DNA of 64,000 bases from Takakia lepidozioides (Eukaryota > Plantae > Bryophyta), in NCBI GenBank assembly GCA_030704615.1, contig CM060731.1, forward strand, positions 41,788,001 through 41,852,000, written 5' to 3'. The notes under the pieces are model-generated. The model was not told where the DNA came from. It saw only the letters and a list, made by a program, of their open reading frames with translations, and did not search any database. A program made the translations under genes and the position numbers. Positions 24,461-35,265 of the stretch are shown here, in pieces. Numbering within the stretch: the stretch's first letter is position 1; each line of letters starts with the position of its first letter.

Positions 24461-24878
24461 CCATCATCTCTTGTGTGTGCTGCTTGTACTGTACCCTCCC
24501 AAGAACCTGGTAAACATAAGGAAGAATACGCACAAGAGCCAAGCGCGCGTAGCAGAAGTGAGAGCGGCAGCGAGTACCAACATGAGCCAAGAGCACGCAG
24601 CAGAAGTGGGAGAAGGTCCGCGCAGCGGATGATAGGAGGCGGAAAAAAAACCAACGCAAAAGGATTTGAGCACGCGATGTCGCGGTGGATAAGTGGAGAC
24701 CTTACCAGTATGCTACATACAAACATACGTAACTTACCCCCAAATATATATATATATATATATATTAGGAATTCTTCAGCCCCTTTCTATATACATAGTA
24801 TGTATGTGGGGGTATTAAATTACCCCCATTCTGTTCATGCACGTGATAGGTACATTAAACCTTGGTGCACCCCCCAGG

Positions 24879-25075
24879 CATCCATGGGACGTGGAATGCA
24901 TGCAATGGCCTCCACCTTTGTCTATTGAACACCCAATCCTCCAGGGTATATCATGTGGCCCAGATACTCATTCTGATTGTGGAAGAACTTGCACTTTCCG
25001 GGGTGCAGTTTCAACCCGTACGCTCTCCAGCGCTCAAACACCACCTGAAGGTGTCTCTCATGCTCCTCACATGAA
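24879..25075 (-). pseudogene. Reverse transcriptase fragment
   Basis: EEHERHLQVVFERWRAYGLKLHPGKCKFF...YLGHMI...KVEAI; the N-terminal RT core is deleted. Confidence 0.88.
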
Positions 25076-25129
25076 TTACGATTTATTAATTTAAAATAGT
25101 TACCCCTGGCTGAGAGTCTGAGATCCTGC

Positions 25130-25672
25130 TTACCACAATCGCGGTCGATGCGCGCGTGATCCCACCGCTGCTGCATCCAATAGCACCGCCGATCCAATCC
25201 AAGACCACACCTGATGCACACTGGCCATTACCCTGGCCCGAGAATCCCCCATAAGAGGAACATTCTCTAGGATATAGCCTAGAGGTTGCACTTGCCTTGT
25301 CTGCAAGTCCCGCAACACTCGCAACATCTCCCAAAACAAATACGATCGTGCATCATGCAAGCCATTCCCATGACCTGCGGGAGAGTGTCATTAGCAAGGC
25401 CATCCGGCTATCATGGCCAAGTCAATGGAACCATGCCGGTCCAAATCATTCGCCCCCAGCAAGGTAATGTCTGCTGGCAAGGCCTTTTGATACCCTTGAA
25501 TTGCTGAGAGAGACAACAATTCAGGATATTGGTGTGTGAACAAGGCGATGTGGCGCATAGAAATACGCCAAGCTATTTCATCCTTCTCCACATACAAGTA
25601 CTTGCGTACTTTAATCCTTGCTTGCAACCCTCCTGCAAGCCCAGTGCTCATGCCTCCAAACAGGTCTAGCAA
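25130..25672 (-). pseudogene. C5 cytosine DNA methyltransferase domain inside pol
   Basis: One frame contains LDLFGG (motif I), YVEKD (II), DIT (III), AGWPC**HSPAG (IV, two nonsense codons where QG is expected), YILENV (VI) and AHRPRLW (VIII). Motifs IX/X are lost in a deletion. Confidence 0.9.
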
Positions 25673-26102
25673 ACATCAGGTGGTTGCCAGATAATGGGCA
25701 CTGTGTCCAAAGGAGCTAACTCAGGAGGTCCAGGTGATGTCACTGAACTCCCCTCACTCATCAATGGAAAGACCTCCTGCCATGCTTGATGCACACACTC
25801 GTCTGCTACTCGATGCAAATTCCCAACCGTACCCCACAGTAGAATATGCACAGGCACATGAGGAAGCAAATCAGCATTGTATGCATATTGTTTGTCCTCA
25901 TCAGGTGATGGCCTATCATCTGCATGGCTATTGCCCTCCAAGAGCTCACCACCCCAAGCCACCACCCCTAAGTGGGCATCATGTTCCTATGATCCACCGC
26001 TACATTCACAATAAACCGCACTGGGAGCAGTGCACGTCGGTCATCTCTTGACTGCCACTCCGGCCTATAGGATGTCGTTTCCTCCCAAAAGTCCAAAGTA
26101 AA

Positions 26103-27185
26103 TCATATGGGGTACAACACAGCCCCACCAACAAGCACATCATAGAACATCGCGTCTGTAACAATGGCTTTAGCTCTCATGACTGAGTCGTCCGTAGGAT
26201 GATCCGGCTGCAATCGAATGAAGAACCCAAGGCGTGTAATCCCTCGTGCCTTCTCTGAACCGCCCAAAGATGTTTGAATTTGGAAATGGCAAGGCTCCAA
26301 ATCCGCCTCTGTAAGGCCCAAGCCTGCAATTGCTGCTCTTCCCAACATCAATGGTTGTGCTCCCAAGTCCAACAAGACCCGCAGTGGCCTATACCTCCTC
26401 CCGGCTGGGCCACCCAACTGAAACACACTATCCTGATTGTCCACAAGGACTACCCCAGGAGTCACCATACTACGCTCAATGGTTGGTCTAGCTGGCAACT
26501 CCTGCAACCTTGCAGCTGCCGCTTGCCATGGTGTAGCTGTGGCTGTCTTCACCCTTGAGTCCAAGGCATCCATGCACTGCACATTATCTGTTATTTCCGC
26601 AGATAGTGCCGATGCATCACCACTCTCACAGAGTTTAGCTGCTAATCTGAACACAACAGCTGGCCGAATCCCCGGCATTGTAATTGTCATTGCAGAAAAT
26701 AATGGAGCTTGACAAACCACCGTAGCCGCCCCCAACAATGTACTAGCTGCACCTTGCTTTGCAGCACCACCCAGTGGCATTTCCCGAGCCACACCAACTC
26801 TCCCTACTGGCACTCGTGGCTCTACCTCTGACACACTTGGGCGAGCGGGTACCATCGATGGCATAGTTGGCACTGTCTCAGCCAATGTAAAGGACTGTGG
26901 AAGCTTTGTCTGACGACTTGCTTCCCTCCTTTGTGGATCAAAATCCACATCCGCTCCTCTTGGCTCAGGAGCACGAGTTGCTACTCGAGTGATAGCAGCT
27001 GCAGAGTCCACATGCAATGGTTCTGCAAGTGCGGCTTCACACATGAAGCCCATACCAATCTGGTCTTCCCTAGGCATATGAGGTTGTGCAGGTGGGGCTT
27101 GAACCTCAGGCCTTGGAGCTGGCGCAACATGAGTAGTGGCCATGGTAGCAAGACGTTGCTCTAGCTGGGCAAGCCTATCCACCAT
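26103..27185 (-). pseudogene. Gag-pol linker and aspartic protease
   Basis: RVLLDLGAQPL (degenerate D-S/T-G) and YDVLVGGAVL. Confidence 0.7.
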
Positions 27186-27265
27186 GCATTGGTCATGACC
27201 TTGACTTTGACATTGTGCTCATTGGTTTTGGTTATGACCTCCACCGTGACCTCTGCCTCTCTGGG

Positions 27266-28563
27266 CTACATTGCCTCGTCCTCGGCCACCATTGTTCCCT
27301 TGGAACTGATCTGGCCGTAGCTCAGGATGCAAGTCATAACAATGGGCCTCCTCATGCCCATACTTGCCACAATGCCCACACTGTAGTTATGTAGGCTGTG
27401 CCTATACCGGCCCTTTGCCTCTCTCCGGGAAATCTCTCTTAACATGGGGTCCTCCACAATCCCAACATGTTACACCTGACTGTTGTTGGTCTGAGAATAA
27501 AGGAAGTGACCTCTGCAATTGAGATCCACTCTGTCCTTCCCTGGGCTTCGTCTGAGCCCCCTTGTTGCCTTGAGCACGTTGGGGTAGTGGTTGTTGTTGG
27601 CTAGGAGCCCCACTTCGTTGTGTCTCCTTACCAAATCCCACCATGACCACTCACTCCTCCACCATATTGAGCTCTATCCGCTCTGCCAGCAAAAACACGT
27701 TTGCTAAGGTGGATTGGTCCACTTGTAGGAGAGTTGCATCCCGCACCCTTCTCCTCAGCTCCTTGTCCAATATCCCATACCAGAATTGGACTGCTTGAGC
27801 TTCCGTAACTCCTTGGGTTACATTTATCAATCGCCTCATGTGCGTGTAAGTCTTCCTCAAACTCTCAGTAGGCTTGCGCTGGAACTCTTGCAAGCTTTGC
27901 AATTTCTCCGTCCTTATCCCCTGGTAGTTTCTCCTCAACTCCTCGAAGAACTCCAGAACTGGGTTAAAGACAGGCACTGGTGCTGGTGCTGCAGCAGGAG
28001 CTTGAGTGGATTTCCCATCTCCATCTTTATTTGTCCCACTACTAGTGCTTGCAGTTGGGGATGTTGGTGTAGCTGCTGGTGTCGCCGCTGCCCTTGTGCT
28101 TCTACTGATGGAGATATAGTCAGGTGACCAATATTGTCGCCACTCCTCAATCTCCACCTCATTTCCCCGCCTAAACTCATGGTAGTCATCCATAGGCGGC
28201 CCCTCAAGGTGCTGAAAACAGCCCCTTCCACGCCATAAAAGGTGTAAACAGTTGTGGATTGCGCATCTGCTGCAAATCACATCAACTATCAAACTCCTGT
28301 ATGAAATCATCAAGCTTGATGATGCCCACAGCTCCCGAGTACCGACGTGGCCCCTTGGTAGCTCCATACATTTCCTCCATCGTATCCCACAATAATGGCA
28401 CGGAAATGGCTTGCACTCTCGGCAAGAATCCTCCATACTGTGAGTGTGAACCTTCTTCAGAAAACACTGAAGGTGAAGGTAGCCTAAACTGCACACCTCG
28501 TCTTGTATATCCACTAGTATCGCTGGTGCTCGTACCGGCACTCTCCTCAGCAACTGGTGGCAT
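27266..28563 (-). pseudogene. Gag (capsid-like region plus degenerate zinc knuckles)
   Basis: KLDDFIQEFD, FFEELRRNYQG...EFQRKPTESLRKTYTHMRRL, CWDCGGPH; frameshifted. Confidence 0.7.
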
Positions 28564-29339
28564 CTCCGTGATGAAAACTCACACTCAAACCGGCTATCAA
28601 CCTGTCTCTAAGCCCCCTTTCCACAAAGTAACCGGGTAGAGAACCGGTTGCGGCTTATGGTTTGGAATACTAGGTTTCTATTCTGAACCTGCATCCACCG
28701 CAGACACTCATATGGTCTGCTGGTCATCAACCCAGCCTCACCATAAGAGAAACAATGATGGTCTGCTGGTCATCACCCCAGCCTCACCACCGACAGCACG
28801 CTCTAGGATTGGCCGGCCACAATATTTCCGGCACAACCACCTATAAAAGCAAGCGCCCAAACCAAACTAGCATGGCGCACAGTCAAGCATACATTTGTGG
28901 GAGGAGGATCCAAACACAGGAAACTCAAACAACTACACCGCCCACAGCTTAAATCAATCGATCTGCTTGCGGCTTCAATAAACCTGCAAGATGGCCAAGT
29001 CTCTATCCAAACTAGCTTTGCCTCCGCTTACGGAAAAGCTTTGGCCTACAAGAATGATGGAAGACTATAGAGAAGGGAAGCTAAAGCAATCTCTACGCCC
29101 ATAATGCTCTCATCCCATTGCTCCCCCTATCTTCACACTCATTCTTGCTTAAGCAATAGATAAGACTATCCTTAAATAACCTCTCAAATAACTCTCAAGA
29201 GCCCTCAAATTATTGCCATGAACTTCTGAAATCTGCCCTCAATCAGCCCCTAACATAGACCCACCGAGGTTCAAGAAGTTCGTAAACTTGGACTCTAAAC
29301 AGTCCACCAAAATGCCCTAGGCGCCCGCCAATTAGTGGC

Positions 29340-30290
29340 CTCCACGGTCTCCAACCAGCCCTCACAATGGCTCCACAAACCTGCTCAATATGACCTCCAA
29401 GGACCTCCAAGAGTCCTCCAAACAGCCCTTAAGAAGCTCCACAAATCTGCCAAGTATTGGCCTCCAAGGACCTCCAACAGTCCTCCAACAACCCTTAAAA
29501 AGCTCCTCAAATCTGCCAAGTATTGGCCTCCAAGGACCTCCAAGAGTCCCCCAACAGCCCTTAAGAAGCTCCTCAAATCTGCCAAGTATTTGCCTCCAAG
29601 GACCTCCAATAGTCCCCCAAAGAGCTCTTAGAAAACTCCATAAGCCTGCCCAATATGGGCATCCAAGGACCTCCAATCGTCCTCCAACCAGCCCTCACAA
29701 GGCTCCACAGGCTTGCCAAACATTGGCCTCAAAGGACCCCCAAATAGTCCTTCAAACAGCCCCAAACAGGCTCCACAAGCTTGCAAGATATTGGCTTCAA
29801 TAGACCCCAAATAGTCCTCAAAGCAGGCCCCAATACCCGCAAGATATTGGCCTCAATAGACCCCAAATAAGCCCCCATAAGGCTTCAAGAATATCCATAG
29901 TCAGTCGATTTTTCATCCGTCACTGACCGAGTTTCATCCAAAACCGTGATTTCTCATCCGCAGGTCCGATATTTCATCCGTCACGATAGTTCATCCGTCG
30001 GTGCGATTTTTCATCTGCTGGCACGATAGTTCATCCGCTGCCACGATTTCATCTGCTGACGCAGTTTCATCCATCGCAACCAATTCTCATCCAGGAGCGC
30101 CGATTTTCATCCACTGGCTCAATAGTTCATCCGATGGGACAATGGTGGTGCTCCCAACTCTGGGGCAATGTTCCCGTACGTTCCCATGCATTCCCACGAG
30201 TTCCCAAGGAGTTCCCAAGCGTTCTCACGCGTTCCCTCGAGTTCCCAATGAGTTCACACGCGTTCCCAAGCGTTCCCACGCATTCCCAAG
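29340..30290. repeat. Tandem repeat blocks in the retroelement 5' leader (66-bp units, TTCATCC-core units, GTTCCC-core units)
   Basis: 66-bp period seen between 29459 and 29525. Short-unit arrays at 29905-30135 and 30170-30290. Confidence 0.85.
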
Positions 30291-31032
30291 CTAGGGTTTG
30301 CGCCGCTTTGCCTCTGTGATTGCTGCAACGAGCTATGGCTTCTATGGAGCAACCAGTCGTGTTGTTCTTGGTTTCTTGAGCATCAATAGATCACCAAGAG
30401 TACCTCTAACTCCCTGAGCAAGCTATTTGCCACACAACAAGCTCTCTTTCTCTATGGAACTTATTGAAACAAGCATAGAACAAGCTATTGAGCTTTCTAT
30501 GGCATACCCTCTTCTAGCCATCGCATGCACTCATAGTGGTTCCTTCCATGGCCATAGTACACCTCTTAGAGCTTATAATCCAGCCCTGCACTTGCCACTT
30601 CCATAGACATGCTCTTCCCAAGCTTGGGATTGAAACCCCAACTCAAAGCATGTTCTACAAATACACTATTCTGCCCCAAAGAAAAATCAGATGTCTACCT
30701 CCACTCATAGCTCTCCTAAGCTTGAAGTTGAAGACTCCCACAAGCTGAAACCATGCTCCACACATGCACCGCTTGCTTCCTTAACACCCGAGCTCTTCTT
30801 GAACTCCTCAAACACTGCAACACTTGCAGAACAAGAGCTTCTTCACAAGCTCTCAAACTTTCAATGGGGCTCTCCTTGAAGACCTCCTCTTGTACATAAA
30901 CACCATAAGGCTTTCCTCTTGCAAACCCTGCAACACCTTGTAGCTTAAGAGCTATCTACCAAGCTCTCCTCCACACAAGTGCTAACTATGCTAACACCTT
31001 GCACTCATAGATGTAAGCTGGTCTTCTTCTAG

Positions 31033-31374
31033 TGATACAGAAATGGTGAAAAGAGGAGAAACCACTCTATCACGTATATAAGCCAATGGCACCTGTGCTA
31101 AAGGACTCCACCATACAGACCTCACCCACTCTCCATCTCAAGTACTAGAAATATGGGGACGAGAGAGGTCTCGGGAGGCTCGACTAGTAGAAGACGAGCC
31201 TGCCTACGTCTCATGTGGAGATAACCTCCCCACGTTCCAAGTGAGGTTTACCACCTCACTTGGCACATGGAACCAAATGAAGTCCCAATGCCAACAAAAT
31301 ACAAATATAAATGTATAATGTCTTAATTAGCTAGAAATAACTATTTCTAACTAATCACAAACAAAACCATGACA
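31033..31374. repeat. Repeat B (5' terminal copy, 342 bp, TG...CA)
   Basis: Matches the joined 1843..1981 + 7631..7839. No repeat A adjacent and no TGG-type PBS follows it. Confidence 0.9.
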
Positions 31375-32645
31375 AATCGCAAATAAAATTCTAAAGGTAG
31401 GACGCTGACTTCAGTTCACCGGGGTATTGCTCTGCACATGGTGCTCGTTGGGGGTTTCGGAATCCCTGGAGCAGCCCCATCTGGATTCCTCCTTATCATC
31501 TCTAAACAACGTTGCCGTGTATCCACTCGAATTGCGGATTTAGGGGGAAAAATTAACCCCATTGATGCCATGAGGCATGATACACATCCATGGGATGAGG
31601 GACGAGCCCAAGACATAAGCAAGAGAGACCGCCGAACCGTCCATGACAAGGACCAAAAGGGTCCGGGGATGAGAGGACGGGCGACCATAGTCGGCCATAC
31701 CCCATGCAATTCAATGATGCCTAAATGCAAAAAGCTAAGTGTTGTAACGTACCCTACAAAGTAAGGACGAAAAATCGTAACTGCCTGCCTACTGAGGACC
31801 TTGAAGAGCATTCTGTAGAGCCCGGGAAGCAAGGCGACGTGATCAGTGGTCGAAGTTGAGCTTCACCGATCTCTTTTCTTGATGTGTCTCCAATTGATGT
31901 CGCGGTCAAACTCTGGCGATTCAGGGTAGTGGCGAGAACAATCCGTCCCACTACTTGTATTTCCATTAGCAAACATATTACATGTTAGAGGGCTATTTGG
32001 GACTTAGACACTTTTTACGGGTTCTGTGGGGTACCCCTAATTTTTGCGCAGACTTACGATGGTAGACTTAGACCAACACAGGCTTAGGGGGTGGTACACA
32101 AGGTTGCACAGTCAGTCACAGCCACACAGTCTTACACAGCCTGATGCAGCCTTACACAGTCTGTCACAGTCAATCACAGCCTATCACAGTTAGTCACAGT
32201 TTATCACAGCCCGACACAGCTTTGCACAGCCAGTCACAGCCCGAAAGTTATTTGAAAGCTAATTATCCATATCTTTGGGAGAGGGGAATAGACATAGGGG
32301 AATCATCTGGACCTCACCATTAAGATCAAAGAGTACATCACCCATACCGGAAGAACCAGAGTTGGATGCCACTCCTTCTTATTCTTTACAAGAAAGATTA
32401 AGGGATTTGGTATGGGAAGAAGATCAGCCACGAGGGGAGAGATCTGAGGTATATCCCTGGATAAAAGATTTGACGGAAATCTTTGATAAGAGTTGGCATG
32501 GGACACCAAAGGCAGGAACTCCAGCTTCTGAATCACAAGATAAAGAAGGAGAGGAAGATATGGCAGAGCCAACGGAGAGTTCAGACTCTCCAACACCATT
32601 GCAATTGAGTTACATGAGTGAAGAAGAAGAAACCAGGAGAAGAAC

Positions 32646-34975
32646 TTGGAAGATGAAAACAGAGAGAAGAATTTGGAAGATGAGGAGTATGAAGAAGTAG
32701 ACCCAACAGTTGAGGTTGAGACAACAACCAGGACATCCCAACCTGTTGAACCTGGATCAAGTGGAGCACTTGAATCACAGGCCAACAAAGGTATCAGCTC
32801 AGGGGGATCAGGCGGGCAGCTTGGATCTGGCTCTGGGGGGATAGGGAGTGTGGGAAGTAGTGCAATTGGAGCTGGGAATACTGTAAGTACAGAGGGGCCA
32901 GTAGCAGGGAGTGCTCAAGGGCCAATACTCGGTGGGAGTTCCACCACTACAACAACAGGTCCTCAAGGACCAACACCAACAGGAGGACCAACACCTTTCA
33001 GTGGGCCACGGATGGCGGTACCTCCAACACGGGCAAAACCACATTTTCCAATATATGCAGGGAAAAGGGATCTTGATGTACACATCAGCCAATTTGAGCA
33101 CATGTGTATTGTGAACAATGAGAATGGCGATGATGCCAAGATGAGACTGTTTTCTTGTTCACTTATCAAGAAAACAAGTGAATGGTATGCAAGATTCCCT
33201 GATAATCATTTCCTAACCTGGAATGGCCTTAGTACAGCGTTCCGAAATAGGTTCAGGACAAGCAAAACTGAGGATGAAGTGTATGGGAGTTTACAACAGT
33301 TAAAGCAAAAGAAGCATGAAACTGTTGAAGAGTACATGGAAAAGATAAGTTGATGATGAAAACGTTGGCTGCTGTGCCAGCACCAGGGTTACAGAAGACC
33401 TGGTTTAGGAGTGGATTAAGACCTAAATTACAAAAGAAAGTGGATATGCTACCCCATAATACAGTGGAGGAGGCATTTGAAACAGCCAACAAAATTGAAC
33501 AATTGAGAATGCTCATGAGAGATAAAAGGGATGATGAAGATTCTGAAGATGAGTCAGATGAGGAAGACAAGCAAGAGCTCAAGAGGAAGAGTAAGAAGAA
33601 GGAAAAGTTGAAGGGGGAAAACTATGAGAAGAGGCTGGAGGAAATCTTGAAGAAGTATGCCACGGAGGCTGCAACACATTGGAGGAAGGGTGTTTGGTGT
33701 GCAGGCCATACCACAGCTGAATGTCACATGAGGGAGAAACACTGTACTATATGTAAAATGGATAACCATTCTACTGAGAATTGTTATTACAGCAGAAGGA
33801 CAGCTTCAAGAGAATCTAAGCAAGTGAGGGTGCATCAAGTGCAGCCCCAGCCGAGAAGAAACAATGAACATGACCATTATGGTAGGCCTGGTGGATATAA
33901 CAATGGTATGGCAGGAAGAGGTAATCCAAGAGGGAATTACCAAGGCAATCTCAGAGGCAACTATCAGGGTAATCCCAAGGGGAATTACCAGCCAGGGAAT
34001 CAGGATTATAGAAATAATTCCAGAGCAGACCAAGGGCGAGGACCCAATGGTGAAGAACTGTGTTATTATTGTAACCAGGCAGGACATCGCAAGGCGGCCT
34101 GTCCATTCTGGATCAGACACCAGAATGAGATGAGAGCTAATGTGAATGAGGGCCCAGTGGTGGCAGCTCACATGGTGAGGCCATGCTTTGTACCAGAAGT
34201 AAGTACAATGATAGTGACCAGAAGTAAAGCTAAACTAATACCTCCAGTGGATGAGGAAGAAGATGAAAATGAAGATGGCAGTGATGTGCCTGAAGATGAT
34301 GAGGCTTGGAGAGATGAGAAGGAACTACACAGGGAAGTGGCTGACACCATAAGAGAAATGCAGAAGAATACTGATATTCCTATGGCAGATTCTTCTGGTT
34401 CTGATAGAGAAGATGGAGAGGGTGAAGATGAAGTGAAGAAAGAAGCTGCACAAGTGCAGAGTAATGAAGGGACTCTGGCTGAAGTAATATGCCAGACCAA
34501 AGCTGAGATTACCATTGGACAGCTATTGGCTGTGGCACCTCATTGTAGGCACAAGCTGTATCAAGCAATTAATCAGATTGCTTATGTGACAGAGAACACA
34601 AACCTGAGCAACAAGGTGACAAGTTATAATGTGAAGCTTGAACGGCGAGAAACAGTCATGGACTTTGATGATTCTATGCTGATAATGCAATTGAGAATTG
34701 GAAGCACAGACCTGACTGATGTACTGATAGATGGAGGTTCAGGAGTGAATATCATGACAGACCAATTAAGGCAGAAGCTTGGTTTGAGTAACATGAAAAC
34801 AACTCCATTTACAGTAACAATGGTAGATCAAAGGAGTGTACAGCCATTAGGCTTGATAAGAGGAGTTAAGATACAGATTCAGAAGATGATCTTTAAGATC
34901 ACAGTGACTGTGTTGAAAATGGATGATGTTATGGAAGCTTACTCCTTGTTATTGGGACGACCATGGCTGAAATAG
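32646..34975 (+). pseudogene. Gag (zinc knuckles) and protease of gypsy element 2
   Basis: Retrotransposon gag region, CTICKMDNHSTENC, CYYCNQAGHRKAAC, VLIDGGSGVNIM, LLLGRPWL. Confidence 0.88.
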
Positions 34976-35265
34976 GCCAGGGTATTCCATGACTGGAATT
35001 CCCAGTTACTGACTGTGCATGATGGGAAGCATAAGATACAAGTCACCACTAAGAAATCTAACAGGCTACCTCAAAACGGAAACAAGATTCAATGCCCAAT
35101 CCAAAGATTTCAAGCTAAGCTGCTGGCAGCTAGCAAAGAAAGCCAGATTATGAGTAGACAAATATCGAACGAACAGAAAAGAAAGGTTCAAGCCCTTAAG
35201 AAATGTCTAGGACTCTGGCAAAAAAAGATTGAAACCTCCACCTGCAACGAGCACACCTTCCATAC

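Larger units (their letters stand above)
10402..24878. mobile_element. Giant cargo-carrying TIR DNA transposon 2 (14.5 kb), same family as element 1, inserted in RT
   Basis: Left end CCCAGGAGGTGCATTCTTCATAAAAAGACCATATCATGTGCGT resembles the element 1 left end. Right end GGTGCACCCCCCAGG. TSD AATCCATG / CATCCATG (7/8). RT reads KVEAIACIPRPMD (to 24879) and resumes RAFMGLANYY (from ~10392). Confidence 0.8.
1739..31374 (-). mobile_element. Ty3/gypsy-type retroelement with gag-PR-DNMT-RT-RH-INT-PHD and split direct repeats; decayed and interrupted by two TIR elements
   Basis: TG...CA ends and a 4-bp TSD AATC (1735-1738, 31375-31378). The flanking LINE frame rejoins. Domains are collinear on the minus strand once 1982..7622 and 10402..24878 are removed. 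Confidence 0.85.

Noticed and set aside
29335-29810. Repetitive ORFs on both strands
   Set aside because: Translations of the 66-bp tandem repeat.
1739-31374. Classification as a DIRS/PAT tyrosine-recombinase element because of the split repeats and methyltransferase
   Set aside because: The integrase is HHCC-DDE, a protease and a TSD are present, the MTase is C5-type, and no YR motifs were seen.
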